Below, piece by piece: positions 27,310 through 42,391 of a stretch of DNA of 64,000 nt. The notes under the pieces were generated by a model that worked only from the letters and a program-made list of their open reading frames with translations, was not told the origin of the DNA and ran no database searches. Position numbers and translations under genes: made by a program. Each line of letters opens with the position of its first letter. The first letter of the stretch is position 1. Where the stretch lies: contig JAQFVV010000005.1 in NCBI GenBank assembly GCA_028023455.1, positions 11,346,001 to 11,410,000 on the forward strand, written 5' to 3'. This stretch comes from Epiperipatus broadwayi (Eukaryota > Animalia > Onychophora).

Positions 27310-27900
27310 TTTGAAAATAATGTTTATGTTCAAAGGAATCAATTTGCTTCCAATTACATTGCTTTGGATTATAACCATAAATTTATTAGAAATATTATAT
27401 TTAATAAAAATATCTAGAGGCCTGATATAAATAAAAAACTAATTGTTAGTGAGAATTCTTTACCATTTAAGTCATCAATTTATAAATTGATTTATAACAA
27501 TTATTTGAGTGGTATGCAACTGGCCTGAAAGAAAGGATTTGATTTATATTCATTATTAAATATTTCAAAATGATTGAGCATAAATCTATTATTGGAATAG
27601 TTTATAAAATTAGTTGCAGTTGTCATAAAATTTATATAAGTCAAAGAGATTTAAGTCTTAATGAAAGAGTTAAAGTTCATAAGAGAATTAAAAATAGATA
27701 TCATAACTCATTTTTATAAAGTGAATATAGGTCATAAAATATTTGGCAATACAAAGATTAAAAAAAGAGTCAAATAAACAGATGTAAATCTTGAATTTGA
27801 TGTCATCAAACTCATGAATATATTTTTTGTTATTAAGATTGACTGGCATTTGAAGTGAATTATGGCAAGACTATTTCTGTTTTTTATATACATGCTAATT
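27310..27900 (+). mobile_element. Penelope-like element 3' fragment (GIY-YIG endonuclease relic)
   Basis: GIVYKISCSCHKIYISQRDLSLNERVKVHKR from 27594. Confidence 0.7.
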
Positions 27901-29014
27901 GTATCTAGTTGAATTTTACTTGAGAAAGTCTATTTGTTAATAGTTGAAATCATGGTCATAAATTTTTTTTAATAAAAATTTGTTTTTAGCTAGACTTTTA
28001 ATATTACATGATTTTCTATTTTATAAATTATTGTACATAATTCCTAGAATCAGTTTACAAAATTAAAAAATGAAAATTCTCAATTATAGATTAGAATTTA
28101 AGTGATGTGATAAAATTTTATGAATAAATGCAATTTTTTTATATTAATGCTTATTAAAAAGTATGTATGAGATTTTTAATATTTTATTTTACAGTCATAT
28201 TTATTGATGTTTTTTTTTGATAAATGTGTGTGTGTGTATATATATTTGTTTAAATATTTTTAACTTTTTATTTAGGAATGTTTTTATATAAAGGCTAGAG
28301 TTGCGGTATAGGTAAGAAGCACCTTTGTGCAAGTTAAATTTGAGTGCTCCAGTCTCATGAAATAAAATTTAGAAATTAAAATGAATTCTATACAGTTTTG
28401 TTTAACAAAAGACACAGAAACAGTAAAATGTTAAAAATATAATTATTTACTTTTTTATTTACATATGAATCTCCTGACATTGGTGGCCACAAAATAACTT
28501 TTACAAATTTTCCACATGATAAATAGTAATTAGCTTTACCTAGGTCAATTCCAACTAGCATGTTAATTAGCTTGTTAAAATTAATTCGTTACTTTTAGTT
28601 TCAATCAAAATCTCTCATGGATAACTTGTTTACATTTTTTAATAACAAAGTTATCTTCTGGTATATTCATTCAATAATAGAATATTTATACTACTTGATG
28701 ATTTAATTTTATATATGCTTGTTATATCAGCATAATAACTTAATTATATTGTATATCTATCGGTTAAGAATTTACATTACATTTACTTAAGGGAAGAAAT
28801 ACATGTAATATCTTTTTCAAAATTATGTCTTTTACTACTTATGTTTTTCTTGAATTTGGTCTATCATGTATTTGGATAATATGGATCAAATATGAGTTTT
28901 TAGATTGGTAACAAATTTCATGAAGGTCTTAAGTCCAAGACAAAGCAGATTAGTAAATGAAAAAATATCAGTATTAAAAAGATAATATTGGTATTAAAGT
29001 AAAATTTCATGACA

Positions 29015-29096
29015 GCACTGGAATTGATCCCGGTTAACCATATTTCATTGTTCAACATTCTAATACTGCATTCTACCAAACACATTATATTGGTGC
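29015..29096 (-). other. Decayed tRNA-like/SINE-head sequence
   Basis: Minus strand TTTGGTAGAATG (A-box-like) and GGGATCAATTCC (B-box-like) with GCAC/GTGC end pairing. Confidence 0.3.
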
Positions 29097-30278
29097 TTAT
29101 AAAATGTCTGCGAAATTCAATTACCTATTATACAATAGTTGTCCAACATATTACAAAATTACTGTAATTATTAGGAGACAATATTTTTTAAATAACTTTA
29201 TTTTAAAATAAATTATTACTAGTAATGTGCCATTCTTTTATATATAAAATAGGACATTTAAATAAAAGTGGTTCAGAAATCTAAAAATTTTCATTTACTT
29301 ATAAATTTTATTAGCTATTGTAGTGAAGTGACACCCCCATTGATAAAGCAGCTTTGGGATCTGCACAGTCCTGAAAATGGCTGTAGAATATAGTCAAAAT
29401 ATCCATAGTACTTTAGTTGCAGCAAATATCTGCATGAAAAATATAGAACTAACATGAGCATATAATTTATGACAGTTAATGTTCACATTTTTTATAGAAC
29501 ACCATTACTAAAAAAATTTCAAAAAAAAATTGATAAGTATGAAATTATACCATTAGTCATTTTAATGAAATTTGTGAAAATCAAACTATTATAACCCATA
29601 TGTGATTGTTTCAAAATAAAAGAATTTCTCACAGTCATTTTCAGACTATTTAATGAAATAATAATTTTATTTTATATTTCTTAACATCTAATTGTCTTTA
29701 CCTGAAAACAATTAATTGAACAAAGAAAAAAAAATCCAGAAAAAAAGTTTATTTAAATTATATGAAATAAAAGTGCTACATCATTTAAACTTGTATATTA
29801 AATAACATCCTCATTTAAGGAGATTTGAAATGCATTAATGCTTTTATTGACTATTTCCATTACATTGGACATTGACTTTTTAAATTAAAAAGATTCAAAA
29901 ATTTTTTAAGAATAATTAAGAACTCAATTTTTGGATTGTGATCCAATATTGGATTGGGCTAAAAAATTTTGAATCCTGAAATGCTGGAAATATTATATAA
30001 ATACTGAAGATTGGTATCTGTCTTTATGAGTGAAATAACAAAAAAAAAAAGTTGTGGCAGATCACTTGTATATCTATCTATTTGACAGAGCTGCATAATT
30101 CTCATCATTGAGCGAAAGGAAAAAAAAGATCATTAAAAATAAAAATCTCCCTTTTATTCTTGAGTTTAAAAATATAAGATTATACTAAATGTCATATTTT
30201 GCAAAAAATATTTTTTTAACAAAACAATATTAATTATTTAACAACTAAACAATAACACATGATGTACAATAGAAATAT

Positions 30279-31300
30279 AAATCTTTAAAGAGTAGCATTT
30301 ATTATTGAATTTATGATGTTTTTATGTTTGGAAATTATGCTATGATATATGATTAAATAAAATGAAAATATATTTTACTATAAAAGAAATGTGTATTAAA
30401 TAAAAGAAAGCAAAAGTTGATCCGTGCTTAAAATGTGAATTAAATAAAAGAAAGCAAAAGATATTCTGTGCACAAAATATATATTAAATAAAACAAGCAA
30501 AAGGTAATGTAATCTATTCATGAAATGTGTATTAAGTAAAGGAAAACAGTCTATGCATAAAATGTATCTTGAATAAAGCTAAGGATAGTTCATCCAGAAA
30601 TAAATGAGAGTAAAAATTACTCATGAATAAAATATGTATTAAATAAAGGAAAATAAAAGTTGGTTCAAATCAATAGGTGTTTTAAATAAAATTCCTTAGT
30701 AAATGAAATGCAGGACATGGGGCCAAAAGCTAATCCATAAAAAATGAAATTGCAAAAATAAAATCATTCATGAAGGAAATGTTCCAAATAAAAGCATGAA
30801 ATAGAATTACATTACAACAAACAGAAGTAATTTGGAAGTTAGGAATAAGTTCACGTATGGAAAATGTGTCTGATGCCAATCAAAAAAATCAACAAAAATT
30901 GTCTTCATTAATTATTCACTCAGCAAGATTTTGACATAAATAACAAAAATGAAAAAAACATATCTTTATAAAGAATGGTCAAGCTGTCTTTGACAAAGTG
31001 AACATGATAAACTGATGTTCTCCATCTATTGACCATAATGGAACAATAATGAAGCTTCAAATGTGACTGCAATTTAAAAAAGGTACGCTTTGGCCTATGT
31101 ATATTTTATGACATGTATGCTTTTCATTATTCTTCATTTTATATAGAGGACCAATTGATTATCTTTTGCTTTCTTTTATTTGATACACATTGTTTTAGTG
31201 TGAAATTTATTTTCTTTATTTTATTTAATGTACATTTGTGTCATAAATTTTTTACAACATAAATTCAATAATAAATGTTAATCTTTTTTTTTCCAGATTT
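30279..31300. repeat. Foldback-like element with a degenerate ~44-bp minisatellite and inverted copies
   Basis: IR 30294-30318/31255-31279 (23/25). Units AAATGTGTATTAAATAAAAGAAAGCAAAAG start at 30387, 30431, 30475, 30523 and 30560, with inverted units at ~31150-31240. Confidence 0.55.
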
Positions 31301-33036
31301 GTATTTATGTAAAATTTTATTTGTGATTAATGTATTATTTGTTAAATAATTAATATTGTTTTAATAAATAAATTATTTTATTGCAAAGTATACAATTTTT
31401 TAAAAATATATTCCTGTGTAAATTGAAGAATAAATGCGAACATTTTATTTTTCATCAGTTAGTTTTGGTTTTTATTTCATTCAATATTCCATAGTTTGCT
31501 GCATCATCTCATTATAGGTGTAAAAATAAAATATTTTTGTAACAATTCATATTTTATTCATTGTGATATTTGTAAGTTTTTTGAATAAGCTAATTTAAAA
31601 CATATTGATAGAATACTATATATATTAATAGTTTGCAATGTTTATATCATAATTTTGGTACTAGTTGAGCATTGATGCAGCCATCGTACTCTTACTAATA
31701 TGGCAAAGAAAAATGAAATTGATATTTCACGTTTGTCATAAAAAAATCCTAGAAAAATTATGAAATTAATATAATATGTTTGACAATATGGAAATAATGC
31801 AATTTATTTAAAAACAAACCTGAAAATAATATATTTAGCAAAGAAAGAATTTAAAAGTGTATATTTTTAATAACATTTAAATAATTAAAATCTACTTAAG
31901 AAATTACATGATCTCAAATGAAATTTCATAATAAATTCCATTATTAAATTAACTATATATCAATTGGAATATAACATTAAGGATTTAATAAGTACAATAA
32001 TGTAGAAAATAATCTTTGGAATTCACAATTAAAAAAAAAGGGGGACTAAATTCATAAATTGAAATCCAAAAAGATATCAGTATCCATTTAGATACCATAA
32101 ATAGCATGTAGTGCTGTGTAACATTTAGGTCACAAAACTGCATAAAGTAAAACCATGTAGGTACATAATATATTAATAACGAGGCTAAATTCAAATCCAC
32201 AAAAAATTATATACATGACAATTTTCATGTAGGCTCTTTTTACAGCATCTATGCTTATGTCGATACTGTTGGATTTCAATCGCTTATCAATTTATTGCTA
32301 TCAGTTATACTCTTTATGTTTTAGAATTTGTTAAATTGTTATTTATATTCAAGACAGATTGGTTTTTTAATGTAATTTATTATGGAATTATGTTTGCCCT
32401 CATTGCTAATTTAACTTCTTCCAGATACACTAATTGCAGACATTTTCCATAAGTTTTAGAACTATTAATACTTTACTGAAGATTCTAATCAATTAAGTTA
32501 ACATTTTTAAAACAAAGAAAGTGCTGAAGAAATTTTTACAAGATAATGTAAACATATGCATAATTTTTAAAAAGAAACTATATAAACTCAAAACTAATGT
32601 CAATATAATTACAAAATTTGATATGTAGTTTTACAATATAAACTACAAAAATTTGAATAATTTACTAAAAAGTAATACATTGTTGAAAAATATAAACTTG
32701 CATAATTTAGTAAAAATATTACAAAATAATCAAGCTGTAAGTGATTAATAATTTCTTAGTGAACAACATAAATTTGTATAATTTACTAAAAAATACTATG
32801 AACTACTAAAATATTTTTAAAAACAAAAAAATCAAAAATTAACACCAGTGATTAATGGCATAGTTCATTAAGAAATTATTAACAAATTATGGCTTCATTA
32901 ATTTGTATTAATTTTTTACTAAATTCTGCAAGTTTGTATTATTTAACAACTATTTTCTTTTAATAATCTCCATACTTCCTCTTTTTTTATTTTTATTGTT
33001 TATATAAATAAAGATACAATAAAAGACAAATGCCAC

Positions 33037-33076
33037 CCAAAATGCATTTCATGCTGAACCAGCACTCATCAGTTGG
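33037..33076 (-). ncRNA. Type I hammerhead ribozyme (family B), core intact
   Basis: Reverse complement CCAA CUGAUGA GUGC UGGUUCA GCAU GAAA UGCA UU UUGG, with palindromic stem III AUGCAU. Confidence 0.75.
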
Positions 33077-34294
33077 CCCAGGTCACCAGCTCTCATCTAT
33101 ATCTATTACATGAAGAGTATTTATTTATGGTGAATTGTCACATCTTTATTTACAACTGCCAAACTTGCTCTGCTCACAACCTCGACTTCGTACATTTGTG
33201 ATAAATCTTACTACGTTTATCATTAATCATTTATTAAACTAGAAGTTTTTCTCTAGCACAGATATAAACTTTAATCCAAGTTAAAGATTATTATATCTGA
33301 TTTTTTTACACACACACATACATGGCTTTTCACCTTCCTTCTCGTATGCGTATTATCGATTATCAGTGTAAGTAATTCAGATGTACTTTTTGTTACTGGG
33401 ATCTGGTGGAAAGCTGCTCTTAGGTCAATTTTTGCAAAATATTTGGGCTTTTGTAATGGAGGCGGTTTTCTTTTTACTGGGGGCCGGGTTGCCTTGTTTA
33501 TTTTTGTTGGATCTCATACTCCATTTTTTTGTAGATTAGGTTGTGGTTTTTATAATCCCCCCCCCCTAATAAAGCTCCATATTGCCTCTTTCTTTTTTAT
33601 TTAAACTATTTTCTGATAAATTACACTTTTTTTTTACAGTTTTTCTTTTATTATTATAAAACTATAAATTAAATTTTATAAATACATTAAATTTAATGAA
33701 ATCTTTTCACTGACAAGTGATATGCAGGATCCAATTGTGAAATTTTTCAAAAATACAATATCATATTCAAGTATCAGCACTATTTGTTTCAAATAGAAAT
33801 TGTCAATTTGAATTCATATTGAATGTGATTAGTTGTTTGATTGAATTGTTTTTTATTGCAAATTTTAATAAATAGGGAACAATTATTTGAATTTTTTTAT
33901 TTAGCAATTTGCATCTTCAATATAGCTTCGGTGGCTCTACCTCGTATATAAAATTTGAATCTTATGTATAGAATGTCTGTTTAATTGGTACCTGTACAGA
34001 ATGTTTGCATTATTGAAAGAAAGTTTTTGTTTTTCAATCATTGTTTGTTCATTAAATATTATCAGTTTTGTTTTGTAAATAAATTACATTTTTTCACGTT
34101 CTTAACAATACTACATTTTCATGGGATTTTTTTTTTTTTGGGGGGGGGGTAATTTTTTGTTTGTTACATTGGTGTGAAGATGCTCATTTTGCCAACAGAT
34201 AGATCACACACTCAAATAATATCATTTTTATTAGTAATAAATAGTGAAGTTAATGGGATAGAAAATACAGAATTTTTATACTATATAGATATAG

Positions 34295-34407
34295 TTGTAA
34301 TTATAAATTTATTAAACGCACATTGATTACGTAGTTAAAACACCTGTAGAGGTCCCTACTATCGCATTTTATACGCATATGATCGAGGTTATAGCCTCAG
34401 TAAATAT
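34295..34407. mobile_element. Family D short inverted-arm insertion, 13-bp TSD
   Basis: TSD TATATAGATATAG at 34282-34294 and 34408-34420. Left part matches ~27188-27226 directly; right part is the reverse complement of ~26890-26960. Confidence 0.75.
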
Positions 34408-35950
34408 TATATAGATATAGCAAATTACTTTAGTCAGCAGAATCAGAAAAATAAACACTGATGTACAAAAATGAAATTCAATTCAGAAATTATTGGCCAA
34501 AAAGTATTGCAGAGTTTAATAATTTTAGAAAATGGCTAATTTATAGATTACATGTAGAAAAATATGTACTAGATTAAAGGAGACTAAGGTAGAATAGCAT
34601 GCTTTCATTTTTAGCTAAACTAATGCAAAAGAAGTTGTGAATATATTGTTTTATCCACAGTCTGAAGCAATATTTATATATAGAAGTGATAGTTAAACAA
34701 CTATATTAATTCTTAACCATCACTTAAAATACAAAGACTGCCTTTCAGAAATAGGTAGCAAAAAGTCATGGAAAATTAATAAATTATGACCTAACACTGT
34801 TCAATTTAGCAATATTACATAATTGTAGGTTTTTTTTTAGAAGAATCACTTCTAAAATGCTTGTTAGAATAAATTCTAACAAGCTCCTTTTAGTAGAAGA
34901 TGATATAACACACAAAGTAATGCATTTGAGATTAGTCTGTGTAATAATGATAAATCAGGCAAAGTATTTTAACTATTAATATTAGTAAATTAAGAACAAA
35001 CTATTCAGAACATTTTAATAATAGAAGAAATACAGAAAATTAAAGTAAACAAATTCATGTTGCTTCTAAATATAAATGCAAGAACATCCTCTGCCATAAT
35101 TGTTGGTGCAATGGTTATTTGAAGAAAGTCTACAAAAAAGAGTAAATTTATAGCATTTAGACATGCCAAAGGAGTTAAGATAAAATTGATTATTAAAACA
35201 AAACATTTTCTACATATATATATATAATGGAGAAGTGAGTCACTTGTGAAAAATCTGAAGCCAATAATGTCAATGAAAAACAAAATATATATTTTAGGAA
35301 AGGTTAAGGTGATAGGCAGTTAAGAAAGCAGATGTCACACATTGTCACATGAAATACACCTGGATGATATAGAGAATGATTTGTTTGGACCAAACTTGAG
35401 CACACAAATGTAATTGGTTGCTATACATGGCATTGCAGAGATACTTGGCAGACTGTATTGACCCAATCATAATGGATGATGAGTATACTGAAGATCATTA
35501 CCAATTTTTAAAAAAACTATTGTTGATAGTATTGATTCCACAACAGGAATATTTTCTGCTCATCATATGACATGTTATTACCATACACATTATTTAGTAC
35601 TACTATTGAGATTACTAGAAAATTTATTGGTTTAAGCTTATCACACTATCCAATACCTATAATGGCACCACTAGTAATCCAAGTTTGAATCTATATATAA
35701 AAATATTTTATATAAGTTGATCCAATTGTCATTTTACACAGTTGTAGAATAAAGCTGATTTACTTTATTCCTTAAAATAATTCATGGTATTTATTCACTG
35801 AAATAAATCATTTTATTAGTCCTGGATTTGCTGTCTAAATGGTTGGCATTGTTAGATTTTTTCCTCTTCTTGTAGGATTAATGGAGAAATATAGTTATGA
35901 TAAAGTGGCAATAGTGTTTCTTGTTTATGAATCAGATGAAATAAAATAAA

Positions 35951-36179
35951 CATCACATGACCACCACTTCTTATGCTTATGTATAACTGTTTTTAATATC
36001 TAGATGCAATGCTCTCAGATCCAAGGCTTCTCACTGAAGAAGGCCACAAGCCAGAAACTAGTCTGGGGATGTTGGATGAGTAGGCACTAGATGGGAATTT
36101 TATGCACAAGCCTTCTGGCATTTATTGATTACTCTAGCTTGCTGTGTGTGTCAATATGTATAGTGAGTTTTGCCTGTTT
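35951..36179. mobile_element. Family A insertion, 15-bp TSD
   Basis: TSD ATGAAATAAAATAAA at 35936-35950 and 36180-36194. Short minus arm followed by a plus arm with the HHR. Confidence 0.88.
36028..36069 (+). ncRNA. Type I hammerhead ribozyme (family A), N7=A, core intact
   Basis: TTCTCA CTGAAGA AGGC CACAA GCCA GAAA CTAG TC TGGGGA. Confidence 0.75.
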
Positions 36180-39100
36180 ATGAAATAAAATAAACACAAG
36201 TTTTAAAATTGTGATGTTCTCTTCTATTCCAAAGCTGTCTTCTCAAATTAGGACTGGATAACGTTAACTTATGCTCTATGGAGATATTTGATAGCTGAGA
36301 GATTAACCATTGGATAAAATTTAAATTATACATGTATGTGGCATTATGTATTTTGATAATAATAGATATATTAACAATATTTTTCTATTTTTTAATTACA
36401 TTTATGAGTTTGTCTTCACTTAAACAATCTGTTTTAACAAAGTTCTATCCGATAATGACTTTTACAGTAAAGCATCTTCAACTCTATCTCTCTCTGTAAA
36501 CAAAAATTTCTTCTATCTCAGCCATTCATCTAAACATTATCTTTATCTCAGTGGTATGTTTATTGATAAATAATATTGATGAATCATAAAATATACAAAA
36601 AAAAAGAAAAGAAAAAAAATATTTATTGCGAATCAAAATTTGTTTTAAAACAAATCACTTCATGTATATATGAAATTTAAATAACTTGATAATTTTCTTG
36701 TTTAATTAATAACTTCAATAATTTTAATAATTTTGGTTTGCTTAGAATCTGTTTTGTTTCCTTTTTCCCTTACAATTACAACTTAGGATTAATTAATGAA
36801 AAGTTTTTTTTTTAATATAGATACATAAGTATTTATTTCAGAATACATATTGATACATTCCCTCTCGCAATTATGGAAATAAACGTAAACCTTTTATTTC
36901 CAAGGCTATATCATTTACAAATACTATTATTTCTACATTATTATATCTTCTATTATCTATGCACTTCTACAATATTATAAACAATCATATTAAATCAGTA
37001 AAGAATTGTTTAAAAATTTAATTGATTATTAAATGAAAGGATGAAATGTAAAAGAAATATTTCACTCGGTTCAAAGAGGATATGAAATAGTAAACAAAAC
37101 CAATAGAATTAATGATGAAGGAAGTGAAATTCATTACTTGTAATCCTAGAAAGCTTCTCTATGTAAAAAAGTCTTTGTGAAAATAATAAAAGATAGAATA
37201 TTCACATCAACAGAAAATATAAAATTAAAATGTCTATAGTAATGATTCCTAAATCTGATGGTATAATACATATTTGATGACTATTGGATAATAGTAAATA
37301 GATTTTAAGAAAGATGCACATCTGTTACCAAATCTTAAAAGAATATCTGGATTTATTGTAAAATAGTTTTTTATTTTGCTAAAATGAACCTAAATACTGT
37401 TTTACATCAAAGGATAGTGAATGAAAAAATGGTCAATATGCAGAACTTGATTATGTTATATTAGCCTTTTTAAATGCCACTTACTGCCTTTTGGAAGGAT
37501 AACAGCATCTAACAATTGTCTTCAAAATGGAAAAACTATTGAGAGTGATAGAAAGAATGATTTATTTTGATTATATATTAATTATAACTATTTGAGAAGA
37601 AAGGTTAATCAATAAATAATAGAAATATCTCTAGAATTTGAAATTGAATTAAAAGCTAAATATAGAGACAATTTGAGAAATGGAACATCTAGGACATAAC
37701 ATCACAGAAAATGGAAAAAGCTTACACAGAAAAACATGAAAATTGTTTTGAATGCATTTAGTAACTATATCATAAAAGAACTGCAGGCTTTTTAGGGATT
37801 AATGTAAATAGCTAATTTTCTAAGAGGAAAAGCGCATACAGTATGAACTACGTACTGCCAAATCTATGGTCAAAGTAGAAGAATTAAAAGGATTTAAAAT
37901 AAATCAATTTATTTCCTAATTAGAATCTCTGGAGGTATTTTATTTTCTACCAGTTAAGCTGTCATAAAATCCATACACTAAATAAATGAGTAGTAATTAA
38001 AGAATTTTTTGAGGTAGAGATAAAAACATGAATCTGGACAACAGATCAAAGAGTGCCGTTCAAATTAACAAAAAACATTGCTTCTCATAACTTGCTATTA
38101 TATTGAATGAAGATAATTCTCACCACAGACTATGAGCATAATGTTTGTGAATGGCTAATATCCTATGCATTACATACTTTGTCCAAAGCAGAAATAAATT
38201 ACAATCATATTCAAGCTAAGAAAAGTGTGATAATATTTATATGAGAAAGTTCAAACTAATTACAGATTTCAAATCTTCATTAAGAATATTAATTAAAAAA
38301 TAAACTTATTCTAGGTCACATTATCCCACTAGTGTTAATATGGCATAATTATCAGTTTGTGAAAGTAATGTGATTTACTATAAAAGGCAACAAATATTTC
38401 AAGAAGATGCATTATTGTGATTCCCAGACAACAAGGATAAATGTCAAAAAATAATAAATGTAATTTGTAGTAATGCAGCCCAAACTGAATATTAAACAAT
38501 AAAATGGTGAAGGATTACATCCGAAAGAGCAATATTCTTAAAACCCAGTTAAAGTAAATAAATGAAGGCTGGCTTTCGTGCAATCTGAAAATATCTAATA
38601 GTTTTTGGAATATTATAAATCTATTGTCATCAGCAAGGGGACGTATTTTCATGAAGGATGAAGAAACTATATTGATACTAGGAAAAATCTGGTCTTAGAG
38701 TTAATTAATGAGTTATTCTGCTATAATGAGAGTTAAAGTAATAGCTCTTGATTAAGTTTCTTGAATAGGAGTAAAAAATGATGTAAAGTTTTAAATCAGC
38801 AATTATAAATCCCATCAAAAAAAAGGGTAGATTTTTTTTAAAGAAAATTTTGTCTGCATCTGTTAGACCATTTTGAAATATGCACAAAGATATACAAAGA
38901 TCACTGGTTTCTGGTTACAATAGACACTTTTAAGGTGAGCATTTTATTATTATTTAAAAATATTACTTCTATGAAAGCAATAAGATCCTAAGACAGACTT
39001 TTTTAGCTATGATACTCCTTTAATATTTATTACTGGTAATGAAACTGTATTAACTTCCAGTAAATTCAAAGAAATGATGAAGCATTGGGTATATGCCACA

Positions 39101-39719
39101 CATACTAATCCTCCCTTAACATTCTGAATGTAATTTATTAACTGAAGGAGTAGTATAACAAAATATTTAACGAATTAAAGTGAAAGGATTAACATTAAGT
39201 TACATATAATTCATTAACATATAATTACATCAGTGATTGTAATAAAAAGTCTAACAGCTATTTAATAGTGATAAAATTTTGAATGAAATTATTTAAATCT
39301 AACTGAAAAAATGCAAATAGGTTAGCAGTGATTTAAAAATTAATAATGAATGAATTAGAGATAGTGTAAAAGAAACCTGGACTCAAAATTAAATTTATTC
39401 TATCCAGAAACATTGTTATAATAAAAATTGAAGATGAAGGTAAGTATAGATAACATAATAACCATCTATTACACACCTAAGTAATTGAAATCCTATTCAA
39501 GAAGGAAAAATATTCATATAATTGATAGAAAAACAGTTGACAATTGAAAAAATTAGACCAAAAAATGATAACATTTTATTAAATAGAAGAGAATGCAAAA
39601 GCAGGTAAAAAATTGTAAATATTCATGATATAGTATTGTTGCATTGAAATTAATATTTGAAAAAGTGTTTTATAGATTAAATAGACATAACATTTTTATT
39701 ATTGACAAGAGAAAGATAT

Positions 39720-40850
39720 CTGTTAGGTACGTATAGAGGAATTTATGTATGAATATGTAAAGCCTTTTACAAACAAGTTTATAAAAATAACAAGAAAGAA
39801 GAAAACTTTAGAATTAAATAAAAAGTGAGGTTATTCTATTACTGTTCAATACAGTATATATATATATAATTCATTTTGCTACTATATGTCTTTTCCCATC
39901 TAATTGTCATGCTTTAGATTTAAGGGATTAGATCATTGAGGTTGGAGTTTTGTCTTAGTTTGAATTTATAAGAACTGAAAAAATTCAAAAATGAATTTTA
40001 TCATTATCTTTCTCATTTATTTATTATGTAATTTATTCTTTAAACATATATTTGAAATTATTGAGTATTGTTTATTGAAGCATATAAAAGATCTTACACC
40101 ACAGTGTTAGCAAGTACCACTTTCTTATTTACGAGTGTGCATTGATAATAATATTTTATATGAGAGTTGCTAGTTAAATGAATTTGAACTTAAATAATTT
40201 ATGTTTTGAAGATGCTTTCTACATTGAATTTTAAAAAGAGCAATTTAGAAATGCAATAAAAATACTGTTAGCCTGCCACTAGGATGCTCCAATGACAAAT
40301 CATATCCCAAGCAACTATATTTATACACATTTTTACAGTAAACATATAATTCTGTAATAATAGTGTAATAAATGTAATATTTGGCTGCTGAATAAACATC
40401 ATTGTAAAATTACATTGTATGTTGGGATTTTTTGGGATAAAAAAATAATAAAATGTTTGTGGTGACTATAAACCATAATCAATTACTTGATATCTTTTCA
40501 AATACAATTTTAATCAAAGAAGCTTGTCTGTGATTGTGTATTTTTGAATCATACATGTTGTATTATTATGTATCTTTCAAATGGTAGACATCAGATATTG
40601 GCTAAAGTATGTTTGATCTTTTCTATACCTTATTCTATTTTTTAGAAATGTAAAGACATCTTCCTTTCTTTATGTCACCAATCAAATATTTTTGTTCTTA
40701 TTCTCCTTTAAAATTGTTTTTAACTTGTTTTCTTCTAATTCAATTTAATTTCTTAACTTTTTACTAATTTATTTACTAATTTTTCTTGTTTACTGTTTAA
40801 ATTTATTCATTCTGAAAGTTGACAACCTGCTGATCTTCATGTGTGTGCTC
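39720..40850 (+). mobile_element. Probable Gypsy 3' LTR, paralogous to 59682-61600
   Basis: Starts TGTTA after a purine-rich tract. Colinear by eye with 59682-60400 plus 61146-61600. Right boundary is uncertain. Confidence 0.5.
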
Positions 40851-42391
40851 TTTAGGTTACTATAGAAATTGATATCTTCTATAAATGAATAAAATATAGG
40901 ATGATCTGGAAGAAGAAATTAAGAGATTTGTAACTATTGCAGCCATAAAAATTATCTGAATAATGATTGCAGTATCTTAAATATCTTTAATAAAAGTTGT
41001 TTGATTTACAATAGGGTTTGAAACAAGGTAACCATAATATATTTAGAATGCATTTTATCAAGAATCAATGTAAATTCAGGAATTTTAAGATGATGTACTT
41101 TATTAAAAGAATAGTGAGTTTCCTAAAATTACAGTTATGTTATCATTGTGTTAAAATAATTAATTTATATAGAATCTCCATTTTTGATTTTGACATTCTC
41201 TCAAGGCTAATTTGAAATAATTTTGTGTTTCCTTGGTAAAAGTAAAATCATTATGTAGAGAGTACATCTTATACTTGAAGTTCCATGGTTGCCAATAGTA
41301 TTATGTAATTGTTTTTTTAATTTCAAGAGCCTAATTGTGTGTTTTCATAATTTCAATTCTTTAACCATGAGTTCATCAAAATGAAGTCTGGTTTTTATGT
41401 GGAGACAATTTGCTTCAACTCACAAAGTGAATCATGGGAAAGCTGCCAATCCATTTGTCTATAATTATATATTAGTACAGTGTGCTTACAAAAAATAAGA
41501 GATTGTAGCACGTTTAGTTTCTGTGAGTTGCAGAAAAAAATATCTTCTAACATTAATTATCAAATTAAAACAAAATTATGTAAATATATTTTTTGGAATT
41601 TAAGTAACATTTAGCCATTTCTCTTACTTAATCTCTGTGTATTTTTGATAATCTTTTTTAGAAATAAAATTTTATGAAAAGTATCTTTAAATCTAAAATA
41701 AATTTTAAATTTATCAATTGGACCATTTTATTTTATTTATATGGTCTCTCAACATTAAATGCTTTAAATGTATGTTAATCATTGTCTAATATATGAATAA
41801 AATTTTATTTTCAATATCAATTCATTTGTCAGCTAATATCAATAAGCAGTTACTAATTTCTTGGACTTTTTAAAAAAAATTCTCAGAATGCATAAATAAA
41901 AGTGTTGTGAGGGTCTTTAAACTGAATTGCTAAACTTGGCTGAATGGATTTTAACATAATTTTATTGACATGAAATCTATAATATATGTTTGCACATAGT
42001 TTCAAATGTATCGGAATCACATTTGAATTTTCTTAATATTTTTTTAAAGCAATGTTTCTGCAATGGCTCATTCAAATTTAAATATTTATTAATTGAATTA
42101 ATAACATATGGGAAGAAGTAACTTTTGTTATATATTAGTTTATTTTTTAATAAAAATTACTTCTTCCATTTGGAATGTTGATTCAATTCATAAGTACTGT
42201 ATTTAAATTTGAATGAGATGTTAAAGAAATATTGCTTTAATAATAATTATTCTATAATTTCTTATCAATTATTATATTGTTTTCTTTAGGTTATGAGTAA
42301 TTCACTTCTAATCACCAAGATTATATTTGTAAAACAAATTAAATTGCATGCTATATAAGTATACCTTCATTGATTCATTAGATTGGATTGT

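Larger units (their letters stand above)
34900..39720 (+). mobile_element. Eroded Ty3/Gypsy internal region, interrupted by other insertions
   Basis: Protease-region similarity to the 9.0-kb relic at ~35250-35320. RT start (IVMIPKSDGIIHI ~37230-37280), RNase H (YALHTLSKAEINYNHIQ ~38165-38215) and integrase remnants to ~39450. Confidence 0.65.

Noticed and set aside
34330-34400. Twister-like look (TAA...GGTCCC)
   Set aside because: The conserved L4 AAGC and pseudoknot pairings are absent.
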